This document shows, piece after piece, positions 43,627 through 56,115 of a stretch of 64,000 bases of DNA. The notes under the pieces were generated by a model that saw nothing but the letters and a program-made list of their open reading frames with translations, was not told where the DNA came from and searched no databases. Each line of letters starts with the position of its first letter. The first letter of the stretch is position 1. A program made the position numbers and the translations under genes. The stretch is from Octopus vulgaris (lineage: Eukaryota), in the NCBI GenBank assembly GCA_951406725.2, contig OX597839.1, positions 6,634,001-6,698,000 of the forward strand. Reading direction: 5' to 3'.

Positions 43627-44101
43627 AATAATATATACATACATACATATATATGTATGTATCTCTGTCTGTCTGTTTGTCTCTCTCTCTCTCGTAACAT
43701 ATATATATATATATATATATGCACATATATGCACACACATATATATATACACATATATATATAATATATGAGTGTATGCATGTCTGTGTTTACTGGTTAA
43801 AAGCATTGAACTTCCATATTGTGATGTTGAGTGTTGTTTACTTTCGGTTGTAGACCGGACTATATATAAAAGCGCGTACTTATATACATAGATACACAGA
43901 TACACTAAATGAATACATATACATACACATACACCCCCCACACACACGTATATATATATATATATATATATATAATGTGTATACAATACAACTATGTATA
44001 TGTATATGTATATATGTTTTTCTTTCTCTCCTTCACCATCATCATCAATCTCTCCCACTTACTCTTCCTCAGAATATCGTCTCTCTTTGTCTCTGTCTTC
44101 G

Positions 44102-44132
<31 letters not shown>

Positions 44133-44359
44133 CTCTCTCTATATATATATATATTTGTCTCTATTTCTCTTTCTCACTCTCTCTAACCTTCCGCCATTTT
44201 CCTCTCCTATACTTCATCCATATATCACCTTTATGAAACTGGCAAATAATAGCTTCGCTGGAGCCAATTCACGAGCAGAGCATCTCTGCTTTATATTTCA
44301 TATTTTCTATAATATTACAACCAATCCACCGATAGGAATACAAATTCGATGGCATGAAC

Positions 44360-44430
44360 GTATGAGTGTGCGTGCGTACATACTTGTGTGTGTGTGCGTG
44401 CGCGCGTGTTTGTGTGTGTATATGCATATG

Positions 44431-44463
<33 letters not shown>

Positions 44464-44558
44464 TTGTGTTTGCATATGTTTTATATATATATATATATAG
44501 ACATACATACACACACATACATATATGTATGTACGTATGAATGTATGCATTCATGTAT

Positions 44559-44605
<47 letters not shown>

Positions 44606-44783
44606 TATATATATATACATACATATGTTATATATATATATAGGCATACATATATATATGTTATATATATATATATGCATGTATATAAGTATGTATGCAT
44701 TTATGTATATACACACTCACACACACATGCATATATATATATATATATATAATACGTAGCATATTATATGTACTACATAATTA

Positions 44784-44833
<50 letters not shown>

Positions 44834-45166
44834 TGGGTGTGAGGGAGTGTGTGTATGTATGTGACTATGTATAATATTAGTGTAAATGGTAAAATGTACG
44901 AAGAAATATAAACGAATGAGAAGAATGGTAAGGGTAAAAAGAGATAGGAAATGTATATGAATTAAGGAAGAATGAGGACAGTGAAGAAGATAGAACAAAC
45001 GAGCAAGAAAAGACAAAGAGGAAGAGAAAGAAAGAGATTGAGAGAGAAAGAAGAAAAGACAGAAAATTCTAATAACGTAAATGAGAAGAAAAAAATTATT
45101 ACACGGAATCAAATGTCAAACAAAAGAAAAGAGAAAAATACAACAAAAAATACAAGCAGGAAGGAG

Positions 45167-45221
<55 letters not shown>

Positions 45222-45973
45222 AATATGGAAATGATAGAAAACATGGAAGAAGGAATAGGGTAAGATTGAAAGAACAACAAAAAAAAAAAGGAAAGAACTC
45301 GAAAAACATAAAGGTAAAAGTGATGGAATATGAAGGAAAGAATATCCAATCAATAAATAAATAATAAATAAATGAATAAATGAAAGATATGAGAGAAATG
45401 AAAGAAATACAAAGAATGACATTAGATTCAAAATGGCCGACAAAATCAGAAACTCGGAAAGAAATTCAATACGATGCATTCAGGTTTGTGTTAACAATAT
45501 TTACATTCAAACAAGCAAAGCACTCTATAGGGCGATTGGCGTTCAACAAAGGTAATTTATATTCATATGTTTGTGTATATACGCATGTATATGTGTGTGT
45601 ATAAGTTCTTGTATATATATGTAATATGTGTATGTGTTATGTATTGGTATGTATCTATATATGTGTATATAATTTTGAATGCGTATAGTTATAGTATTGC
45701 ATACGAATGCATATATAAATATATAATTTTAAATATGATTATAAATATACAAGCGCATATGAAAGTGTGTGTGTGTTTTGTGGAGGAATACGAATTCAAA
45801 TGTGTGAGGATGTGTGTGTATGTGTTTGTGTATGCGTGTGTGTGTATGTGTTGATATGTGTGTTTGTATTTATAGATGTATGAGACAAATGACAAAATGA
45901 AAGAAAGAAATCAATATCTATCTAGGTGTATGAATCTGTGTGTATATGTGCACATGTACATATGCAATTACGC

Positions 45974-46012
<39 letters not shown>

Positions 46013-46232
46013 TATATAACTATGTATCGATATTTACTCTATATACATACATATATATATTATATATATATAAATATATATATACATATACTCATACACA
46101 CACATATATCTATCTGTATATGTATATATATATTTGTGTATGTATGTATATTTATATATATATTTATATATATATTTGTATATAAATATATGGATGTATC
46201 TATATATATGTAACTGTATCTTGTGTGTTGTG

Positions 46233-46286
<54 letters not shown>

Positions 46287-46409
46287 TTGAAGCATATACA
46301 GATATGCATTATACGCATATATGCACATACATACATACGTGCAATTGCACATATACAACCACACACGGGCGCGAATATGCATACATACATACATATATGT
46401 ATATATATG

Positions 46410-46479
<70 letters not shown>

Positions 46480-46973
46480 GGTACGCGGCGTATATACACA
46501 GGTACACATATGCGCTTCAACGCAGTGAATGTACTGCTATGAATAGATTGCATGAGCTAATCCTTATTCTCAAGGGATTCACTCGTTTGATCCTGAACAC
46601 TTCCTATTTCTACAGCTCTTCTATACCCTATCATTCATCTCTAGTCATACGTCAACCGGCATCTAATAGCCAATAAACACACACATAACATACATAAACG
46701 TATACATATATATATACATATACACATACGCACATGTACAGTATAGATGCATACATACAACATTACACACAGATATATACACATCGTGTGTGAATAAATA
46801 TACATATATACATACATGTATATATACATAATACATATGTGCGTGTGTATATATGTATGTATGTATGTATTGTATATGCGTATCCATATATGAAGGTGTA
46901 TGCGCTTATATGTGTATATGTGTGTTTGTGTGTATACATATATATAGATTTATATATAGATATATATTCATAT

Positions 46974-47012
<39 letters not shown>

Positions 47013-47022
47013 TATTCATGTG

Positions 47023-47098
<76 letters not shown>

Positions 47099-47212
47099 AT
47101 ATGTTCATATATATATATTTGTGTGTATATATGAATATAGAGTTGTATACCTATGCGTATATATATATATATATATATATACATATTTGCGAGTATTATA
47201 ATAATGGTGATG

Positions 47213-47254
<42 letters not shown>

Positions 47255-47317
47255 TTAATAATAATAATAATAATAATAATAATGATGATGATAATAATAA
47301 TAATAACGATAATAATG

Positions 47318-47396
<79 letters not shown>

Positions 47397-47440
47397 CAAC
47401 AACGGTAATGGTAATAATATTAATGATAACAATATGTATT
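44360..47440. repeat. (TA)n/(TG)n/(GAAA)n/(AAT)n microsatellite field
   Basis: Direct reading. Confidence 0.9.
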
Positions 47441-47980
47441 ATTGCTGTTGTTGTCGTTGTTGCTGTTGCTATTGCTGTTGTTATAAGCCCTCCCTTTATA
47501 AACAGAGAACAAGCAAACATCGAGAATGATCCACCTGTACGACCACAAGCAACGCTAGCGCCATACGCTGATGCTGTCGACACCACCACCGCCGCCAATA
47601 CAGAGGTGTCTTCGTCTCTATTGTCATTGAAAAGCGTTCTCCAGCATCTACAAGCCCCCCCCCACATATCATCCCCGCCCCCCACCAACACAACTGCCGC
47701 CACCATTACACTGGTCTTTTCACCAATGTCATCGGCATCGCCATCCTCATCATCACTACCACTACCGCAACCACCACCACCGCCGCCGCCACCACCATAT
47801 ATTACGAAGATGTACTTGCAAAGCAAGTAACTTGAGCGTCGAAGGTGTTTATAAGCCATTGAAATACACACAAAAACCGTTAGATTCACTTCAACAGTTA
47901 AATCTAATTTTCCAGAATATTTTCGCCGCTTTGAAACCACAACCTGTTCACTGACAAAATTCCGTGCTGCGTACGTGTTC

Positions 47981-48014
<34 letters not shown>

Positions 48015-48036
48015 GGGAACAAACACATACACAAAG

Positions 48037-48090
<54 letters not shown>

Positions 48091-48164
48091 GGAGAATTTA
48101 CAAAAAAAAACAAACAAATAAAAGACGAAGACTGGTGGTGTACACTACAAACAGATGTTTTAGT

Positions 48165-48200
48165 CTTTAACGTTTCGAGCCGACGCTCTTCCACAGAAAG
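48165..48200 (-). ncRNA. Minimal hammerhead-like motif, variant core
   Basis: Minus strand CTTT-CTGTGGA-A-GAGC-gtcg-GCTC-GAAA-CGTT-AAAG. Confidence 0.5.
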
Positions 48201-48345
48201 GAACACAAAATGCAACTGGGAGACAAAATAAAGAATGTGTAGTGGCTAGCGATTTATCATGGCGAATATAAAATGTGACCTCGTGTGTACCGTAGGCGAT
48301 TTTTTTCCTTCTGTCTTCCCTTCTCTGGATCCTTCCTTCTCCTAT

Positions 48346-48380
48346 GTTTCCGAAGAAGAGCTCCGATCGAAACGTTCAAC
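48346..48380 (+). ncRNA. Degenerate minimal hammerhead motif (family B)
   Basis: GTTT-CCGAAGA-A-GAGC-tcc-GATC-GAAA-CGTT-CAAC, homologous to 43273-43307. Confidence 0.45.
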
Positions 48381-48507
48381 CCTCCTTCTTTATTTCTTTC
48401 CTGAGCGTCCAATAATACTATATTTGATCCATGTCCTCGCATTGTTGTGTTTTTTTCTGCTCTCTTGTTTGGATTAACTATATATTATATATATATATAT
48501 ATATATT

Positions 48508-48572
<65 letters not shown>

Positions 48573-48637
48573 TAGGGTGGTGTGGTTCTCTATACATACG
48601 TATGAGTGACATTGTGTCTGTGTGGTTCTCTCCCGTA

Positions 48638-48675
<38 letters not shown>

Positions 48676-48842
48676 ACTTGACAATGTGTTTAAGGTTTCA
48701 TAACATTAACGGTTCGGCAAAACTGACCGATAGAATAAGTATTAAAGTGAAAAAAAAAAGTTTTGGGGTCGATTTATTCAATTAAGCCCCTACAACGCAG
48801 TGCTTCAGCACGGCAGCAGTAAACTGACTGAAACAAGCAAAA
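48676..48842 (+). mobile_element. SINE family 1, degenerate 3' half
   Basis: 'cggttcggcaaaactgaccgatagaataagt...ggggtcgattt...gactgaaacaag'. Confidence 0.7.
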
Positions 48843-49069
48843 TAATGTATGTGGGGTGGGTACGTGTATAGGTACATTAAGGTGATGGAGGCACATCAAC
48901 AGCGGTTGAGAAACACCGACAGGAAGACACATACGCATGAGAGAAGAGAGAGAGAGGGGGAGAGAAAGAGAGGGAGTGAAAGAGAAGGAGAGAGAGAGAG
49001 AAAGAGAGGGAGAGAGTGTGAGAAAGAGATTTCGTGTTCTACGTATTATAGCCTACATTCACCCTGGGT

Positions 49070-49382
49070 TGTTCGTTCCTTCTCGAGCCGTGCCTGGCTC
49101 ATAAGGGCCGGTTTCCCAGTTTCTTGGCGTATAGGTTCCCCACCTGGACGGGACGCCGTCCGTCGCAGGTGAGCTCCAAGATGCAGGAGGAAAGAGTGAG
49201 AGAAAATTGTGGCGAAAGAGTCAGCAGAAGTTTCGCCATTACCTTCTGCCAGAGCCGCGTGGAGCTTAGGTAGGTGTTTCGCTCATAAACATACACACAC
49301 ACACCGCCCGATCTGAGATTCGAACTCGCAATCTCTCGAACGCGAGTCCGCTGCTCTAACCACTAGGCCATGTGCCTCCACT
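49070..49382 (-). mobile_element. tRNA-derived SINE family 4a with 13-bp TSD ATTCACCCTGGGT
   Basis: Minus-strand head GTGGAGGCACATGGCCTAGTGGTTAGAGCAGCGGACTCGCG...GAGTTCGAATCTC (A and B boxes); TSD at 49057-49069 and 49383-49395. Confidence 0.9.
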
Positions 49383-49463
49383 ATTCACCCTGGGTACGCC
49401 AGCACTGTCCGACACACCGAAAGGATAAGCTGGGAAACAATTAATTTTGACAACTTCTGACAA

Positions 49464-49585
49464 CTTCTGTTGAAGAGCGTAGGCTCGAAACGTGAAAGAC
49501 TTTTTCACATTCCCGAGCATCAACCCTGCTTGTTGTTTATACACCGGCCTTCATCTTTTGTTTTTCTGTAAATTTCAACTATGAA
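49464..49585 (+). ncRNA. Family A cassette 3' part with hammerhead-like motif (49467-49498)
   Basis: CTGTTGA-A-GAGC-gtag-GCTC-GAAA-CGTG-AAAG; near identical to 42090-42210. Confidence 0.5.
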
Positions 49586-49935
49586 TACGTATATATATAT
49601 GTGTGTGTGGGACTGAACCCGGAACCATGTGGTTGGGAAGCAAGCCTCTTAACATACACCCACGCATGCACCTACACACACACACACACACATATATATA
49701 TACATACATATATATATGTGTGTGTCTGTGTGTGTGTGTATACATACATATATTTCTGAGAAATACCACAAGTGGGACCAGAGCAGGACATCACTAACGT
49801 AAAGTACGAAGGTTAAAAATCACGACTCTCGTTTGTTGCTGCACCGGTCCACCTTGTTGAACTAAAAATTAAATATAATCACCAATAACATTTTCTCTCC
49901 AAATTTGTGGACTCGTGCCAATGTTAGATATAATT

Positions 49936-50326
49936 GGATGGAAGCACTCCGTCGGTTGCGACGACGAGGGTTGCGACGGTTGATCCGAATCAACGGAACA
50001 GCATGCTCGTGAAATTAACGTGTAAGTGGCTGAGCACTCCACAGACACGTGTACCCTTAACGTAGTTCTCGGGGATATTCAGCGTGACACAGAGAGTGAC
50101 AAGGCCGTCCCTTTGAAATACAGGTACAACAGAAACAGGAAGTAAGAGTGAGAGAAAGTTGTGGTGAAAGAGTACAGCAGGGATCACCACCATCCCCTGC
50201 CGGAGCCTCGTGGAGCTTTAGGTGTTTTCGCTCAATAAACACTCACAACGCCCGGTCTGGGAATCGAAACCGCGATCCTATGACCGCGAGTCCGCTGCCC
50301 TAACCACTGGGCCATTGCGTCTCCAC
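49936..50326 (-). mobile_element. tRNA-derived SINE family 4b, flanked by a ~177-bp direct repeat
   Basis: Minus-strand head GTGGAGACGCAATGGCCCAGTGGTTAGGGCAGCGGACTCGCGG...GGTTTCGATTCCC; flanking repeats at 49759-49935 and 50333-50510. Confidence 0.88.
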
Positions 50327-50714
50327 TGACTTAGAAATACCACAAGTGGGACCAGAGCAGGACATCACTAACGTAAAGTATGAAGGTTAAAAATCACGAC
50401 TCTCGCTTGTTTGCTGCACCGGTCCACCTTGTTGAACTAAAAATTAAATATAATCACCAATAACATTTTCTCTCCAAATTTGTGGCCTCGTGCCAATGTT
50501 AGATATAATTACCGTTGTTAGTATTGACTTTTAGCCTCTTGCCAACATTAGGAGAATTATAAGAAAAATAGCATTATGCAAATGTCTAGGGACTGTTTAA
50601 CGTTTTCGGATTATTAACCTTCTATTTCCTGTTTCTCGTTCTGTTAGATACGCAAAGATGGAGTCGATGGACGGAAAGTGAATCAACGGACATTAAGCTC
50701 TATAGAATACTATA

Positions 50715-50898
50715 CGCACACACACAGACACACCATGCATACGCACGCATTTGTACACAGGCACACAGAAATATGCAGACACACACACACATTCGTATAC
50801 ACACACACACACACACACACAAACACAGACACACCATGCATACGCACGCATTTGTACACAGGCACACAGAAATATGCAGACACACACAATAGCATTCG

Positions 50899-50978
<80 letters not shown>

Positions 50979-51815
50979 TACATGTACACGCACGCACAGG
51001 CGCGCAGAAACATGCAAACACACATAATCACATTCGTATACACACACACATACACACGTATATATACTGACACACACACACATACACACATAGATGTACA
51101 CGCACGCACAGGCGCGCAGAAACATGCAAACACACATAATCACATTCGTATACACACACGCATATATACTGACACACACACACATACACACATACATGTA
51201 CACGCACGCACAGGCGCGCAGAAACGTGCAAACACACAGAATCACATTCGTATACACACACACATACACACGCATATATACTGACACACACACACATACA
51301 CACATACATGTACACGCACGCACAGGCGCGCAGAAACGTGCAAACACACAGAATCACATTCGTATACACACACATACACACGTATATATACTGACACACA
51401 CACACATACACACATAGATGTACACGCACGCACAGGCGCGCAGAAACATGCAAACACACATAATCACATTCGTATACACACACACATACACACGTATATA
51501 TACTGACACACACACACACACACACACATAGATGTACACGCACGCACAGGCGCGCAGAAACATGCAAACACACATAATCACATTCGTACACACACACACA
51601 TACACACGTATATATACTGACACACACACACATACACACATAGATGTACACGCACGCACAGGCGCGCAGAAACGTGCAAACACACAGAATCACATTCGTA
51701 TACACACACACATACACACGCGTATATACTGACACACACACACATACGCACATACATGTACACATGTGCGTTCGCAGAAACATACAAACACACATGACCA
51801 CATTCATATACACAT
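50715..51815. repeat. ~115-120-bp minisatellite (about 7 units) plus two related upstream units
   Basis: 'atgtacacgcacgcacaggcgcgcagaaac(a/g)tgcaaacacaca(t/g)aatcacattcgtatacac...tatatactgacacac' repeats from ~50982. Confidence 0.92.
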
Positions 51816-51828
51816 ACATATAAAAAGA

Positions 51829-52115
51829 GTAAAGACCCCCTTCGGTCATGAATGACCATGGGATTGCACCTAGAAAGTTACCCTCCTAGACACAAGTCCG
51901 GGCAAGGTTGTTTATGGAAGACCAGCAGTTACCCATGCATACCAGCCTTCCCTCTCCACGCCACCAGTGTTATCCAAAGGGAAAGACAAAGGTCGATACA
52001 GCTTGGCACCAGTGACGTCGCAACTCATTTCTACAGCTGAGTGAACTGGAGCAACGTGAAATAAAGTGCCTTGCTCGAGAACACAACACGCAGCCCGGTC
52101 CGGGATTCGAGCTCA
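51829..52115 (-). mobile_element. SINE family 3 (CORE-like domain), head truncated
   Basis: Minus strand: B-box-like 'gagctcgaatcccggacc', then 'gtgttctcgagcaaggcactttatttcacgttgctccagttcactcagctgtagaaatgagt'. Second fragment at 52441-52571. Confidence 0.7.
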
Positions 52116-52659
52116 CACATACATATACACACTCATAAAACACACGTGTACACGCATACGTACAGAAGCCCACACAGAAGCATGAAAACACACATGACCA
52201 CATTCGTACACACACACACACACACACAAAATACACATGTACACGCGCAGAAACATGACCACATTCATGCATACAAATAGGAGCACGAGTACACACACAC
52301 TGTTACACACACATACACACACACACAAAACACACATGTATACACACACAGTCGCGCATAACATGCAAACACACATGATCACATTCGTATACACACATGC
52401 ATAAAATACACGTGTACACACATACACGTGCAGAAACAAATTTTTGCCAGCTGAGTGAACTGGAGAAAACGTGAAATAAAGTGTTTTGTTCAAGGACACA
52501 ACACGTCTCCAGGAATTGAACTCATGAACTTACGATAGTGAGTCGAATAATCTTACCACTAAGCCACGCGCTTTACAAGTAATATTGGTATCACTGTTGC
52601 GCCAACCAACTATTTCTTTACAGAAAGATTTCAAATAATTAAAAATAGAAGAGAACACA

Positions 52660-53081
52660 GGCGCAGGAGTGGCTGTGTGGTAAGTAGCTTGCTAACCAAC
52701 CACATGGTTCCGGGTTCAAGTCCCACTGCGGTGCATCTTGGGCAAGTGTCTTCTGCTATAGCCCCGGGCCGACCAATGCCTTGTGAGTGGATTTGGTAGA
52801 CGGAAACTGAAAGAAGCCTGTCGTATTTATGTATATATATATATATGTGTGTGCGTTTGTGTGTCTGTGTTTGTGTGCCTGTGTTTGTCCCCACAACATC
52901 GCTTGACAACCGATGGTGGTGTGTTTACGTCCCCGTCACCTAGCGGTTCGGCAAAAGAGACCGATAGAATAAGTACTGGGCTTACAAAGAATAAGTCCCG
53001 GGGTCAATTTGCTCGACTAAAGGCGGTGCTCCAGCATGGCCGCAGTCAAATGACTGAAACAAGTAAATGAGTAAATGAGTA
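52660..53081 (+). mobile_element. tRNA-derived SINE family 1, full-length reference copy
   Basis: GGCGCAGGAGTGGCTGTGTGGTAAG (A box) and GGTTCAAGTCCC (B box), internal (TA)(TG) microsatellite, (GAGTAAAT)n-type tail. Confidence 0.92.
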
Positions 53082-53100
53082 TATATTCATAGATACATAG

Positions 53101-53741
53101 ATGATGATGATGGCAATCCCTCAAGGTCGAGGATGATGGTCTTCACGCAAATTTACTGGTGAGTCCGTAGGTGACCGATAAGACCAATTCTTGCTTGAAA
53201 AGATCGGTCGCAGTGCGGACATCCAGTGCCGGAAGGGAGAGTCGCACGTGGTTGTTGTTGGCGCTCCTTCCGTCGTCGTCTTTTCTCCTCCAGCTCTGCA
53301 GACCTTTTCGACTCGAACGTTGCCGTTCCCTCAAAGATGGTGGTTTTCCAGAGTGGTCTGTTTTTTTGCCGTTTCCTCCCAGTTAGTGAAGTCGATATCA
53401 CACTTTTTGAGGTTCGTTTTCAGGGAGTCCTTGTAGCGTTTCTTCTGGCCTCCTTTTGTACGCTTGCCGTCTTTGAGTTGGGAGTAGAAGATCTGTTTGG
53501 GAAGTCGTTCGTCAGTCATTCTAACCACGTGGTGTACAGGGCAGTCATTATTCCAACCTTCCTTTACGCATCCGAAACCTGGACCCCGTATAGTCACCAC
53601 CTGAAAACGCTCGAGAAATTTCACCAGATCCTTAACATCAGCTAGGAAGACAGAAGAACAAACGTCAGCGGGCTACAAGAAGCAAAAATGACCAGCATCG
53701 AAGCCTATGACATCAAAGGCCAACTAAGATGGAGCGGCCAC
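53101..53741 (-). mobile_element. 5'-truncated, 5'-inverted RTE-clade LINE remnant with 9-bp TSD GATACATAG
   Basis: Minus 53531-53153 encodes HVVRMTDERLPKQIFYSQL...GGQKKRYKDSLK and CPHCDRSFQARIGLIGHLRTH, followed by a (CAT)n tail. Plus 53532-53741 encodes VYRAVIIPTFLYASETWT...QLRWSGH. TSD at 53092-53100 and 53742-53750. Confidence 0.92.
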
Positions 53742-53772
53742 GATACATAGTTAAGCACACACACACACACAG

Positions 53773-53808
<36 letters not shown>

Positions 53809-54046
53809 ACACACATCATGCCGAATAAGTCAGACAAGAACTCAACAGAGTCCATTCTAATTCGTCTTAATCACGTGTAATTCCCCAAAGGCTTCAACGA
53901 AAATTTAGCAAATAATCATACAAATATTTCGGTTTCTATGAGTGACGGGAAAAATACCGCAGCAAAATCCATATCCTATAAAAGGAGCGTATATAATATA
54001 TATTAAAAAATACAAGTGGATTAGTTTATTATGATTTTATTTAATA

Positions 54047-54427
54047 CTAGCAGTAACGCCCGGCGTTGCTCGGGTTTGTAAGGGAAATAACTATATAAGC
54101 ATTTTTAGAGAGTTATAGCCAAAAAATAGCAAAAAAATTCATCAAAAATGGAAAAAAAATGATGGTAAATTTTTTTTAAATCGTTGACTCATCGTAGACA
54201 TTTTAGAGTGTTACTTCCCTTATATAATAGCGAAAAAATGCATTAAAATGGAAAAAAATGATGGTAATTTTTTTTAAATCGTAGACTAATACCCAGAAGG
54301 GCTCGATATGAATCACGACTATAAGATACCCGAATTTGGTTAAACTGCACCGCAAAATGTGGGAGTAGTTAGGAATCTAAATCGAAGGGGACAGACACTC
54401 ACACAACTACAGTTTTATATATATAGA
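54047..54427 (-). mobile_element. Non-autonomous Helitron
   Basis: Minus strand starts TCTATATATATAAAA and ends with hairpin CCCGAGCAACGCCGGG (54059-54074) followed by CTAG; inserted between A and T with no TSD. Confidence 0.85.
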
Positions 54428-54861
54428 TATTTCCCTATCAAATTCACACACTTACTTATTGCAGCGTTTCTTCAGGTTTTTCTAAGATCTGTAAAAGAAC
54501 TCGGAAGGCTGGACCTTTAGCCAGGCCTTTCGCGACATTCTTAAGGCCCAAAGCTCTTCGTTAGCCCTCGCTTTGCGTGTATGTGTGTGTGTGTTTGTGT
54601 GTTTATATTAGCTACTGTATGTCATAGTTAATATTCGTTTCCCCCTGCAATAAATAAGTAAATAAAGCGGAGAGCAAATACATGTGTATTAAAAGCAAAT
54701 GACCTTGACCTATTTAGGTCATTCAAACAATTATAATCTACACAACCACTTTGGAATAGAACTCCTCTTATGATACACATCTAAGACATGTAACCACTTG
54801 TGAATATATACAGAGAGAGAAAGAGAGAAAGACTGGTTATGGATGTGTATTTGTGTGTGAG

Positions 54862-54892
<31 letters not shown>

Positions 54893-54913
54893 GCGTGTGT
54901 GTGCGTGTGTATA

Positions 54914-54996
<83 letters not shown>

Positions 54997-55023
54997 ACCT
55001 ACATATACATACTTGCACACACA

Positions 55024-55078
<55 letters not shown>

Positions 55079-55108
55079 ACCTACATATACATACTTGCAC
55101 ACACAGAC

Positions 55109-55201
<93 letters not shown>

Positions 55202-55234
55202 TATACATATACATATATACACACACACACACAT

Positions 55235-55358
<124 letters not shown>

Positions 55359-55977
55359 GGATACGATAGTATATCGCTAATCAGAATGAGAGAAAAAAAG
55401 TAAAACACGAAAAAGCCTCGCCGAATAGACTCAACATCGGCAAGCTACTGAAGTGGATGTTTATGAATAGTTAGAACAATCTGTGACCTTGACAGTGTGT
55501 AATCTTTAGATCACTTCCCGTAACAGATTCCATGCCATTCCTTATCAGGGGTCACATATGTGACACAGTCATAGTCGCACTTTCACACACAGCCGTACGT
55601 GTCTCTCCAGCTGTACCATTCACCATAGTTCACAGAACTCTTTCCACACTGTGTATGTGTATATGTGTTTATGTGTGTGTGTGTGTGTGTGTGTGTCTGT
55701 GTGTGTGTGTGTGTACGTGTCCACGCAGACTCTGGTGTTCAGTTTTAAAAACTGTAGTTACCCAATATATTCCATAAAAACCCACCCACGGCTCGAAAAG
55801 TGTAACAAGAAGACACTACAACATTAACATCAACAACAACAACTGCAACTACTAATACCGTTGCTGCTACTACTATTACTACTACTACCACCACCACCAC
55901 CACCACCACTACTACTAGTATCACTGCTGCTGTTGCTGCTGCTGCTGTTGCTGCTGCCGCTGTTGCTGCTGCTGCTG

Positions 55978-56025
<48 letters not shown>

Positions 56026-56115
56026 TTAGTACCACTACTGCAGCTGCTACTGGATTCTCTTCCATTTTCATATAATTCCCTCTAGTAGTTCATAATCTGT
56101 TTCTTTATTCTTTTA

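Larger units (their letters stand above)
48086..48480. mobile_element. (TA)n-flanked composite of family A (minus strand) and family B (plus strand) cassettes
   Basis: Reverse complement of 48086-48262 aligns with 13787-13990; 48325-48480 aligns with 43250-43405. Confidence 0.7.

Noticed and set aside
50975-51815. Regularly spaced repeats superficially like a CRISPR array
   Set aside because: The intervening sequences are also repeated (no unique spacers), there are no cas genes, and the context is eukaryotic.
52660-52735. tRNA-like sequences with A and B boxes (also 17831, 49310-49382, 50255-50326)
   Set aside because: They are SINE heads continuing into repeat bodies and lack a complete cloverleaf, so they are not tRNA genes.
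53153-53230. C2H2 zinc finger that could suggest a host ZNF gene
   Set aside because: It is the single C-terminal finger of the RTE ORF and lies within the TSD-bounded insertion.
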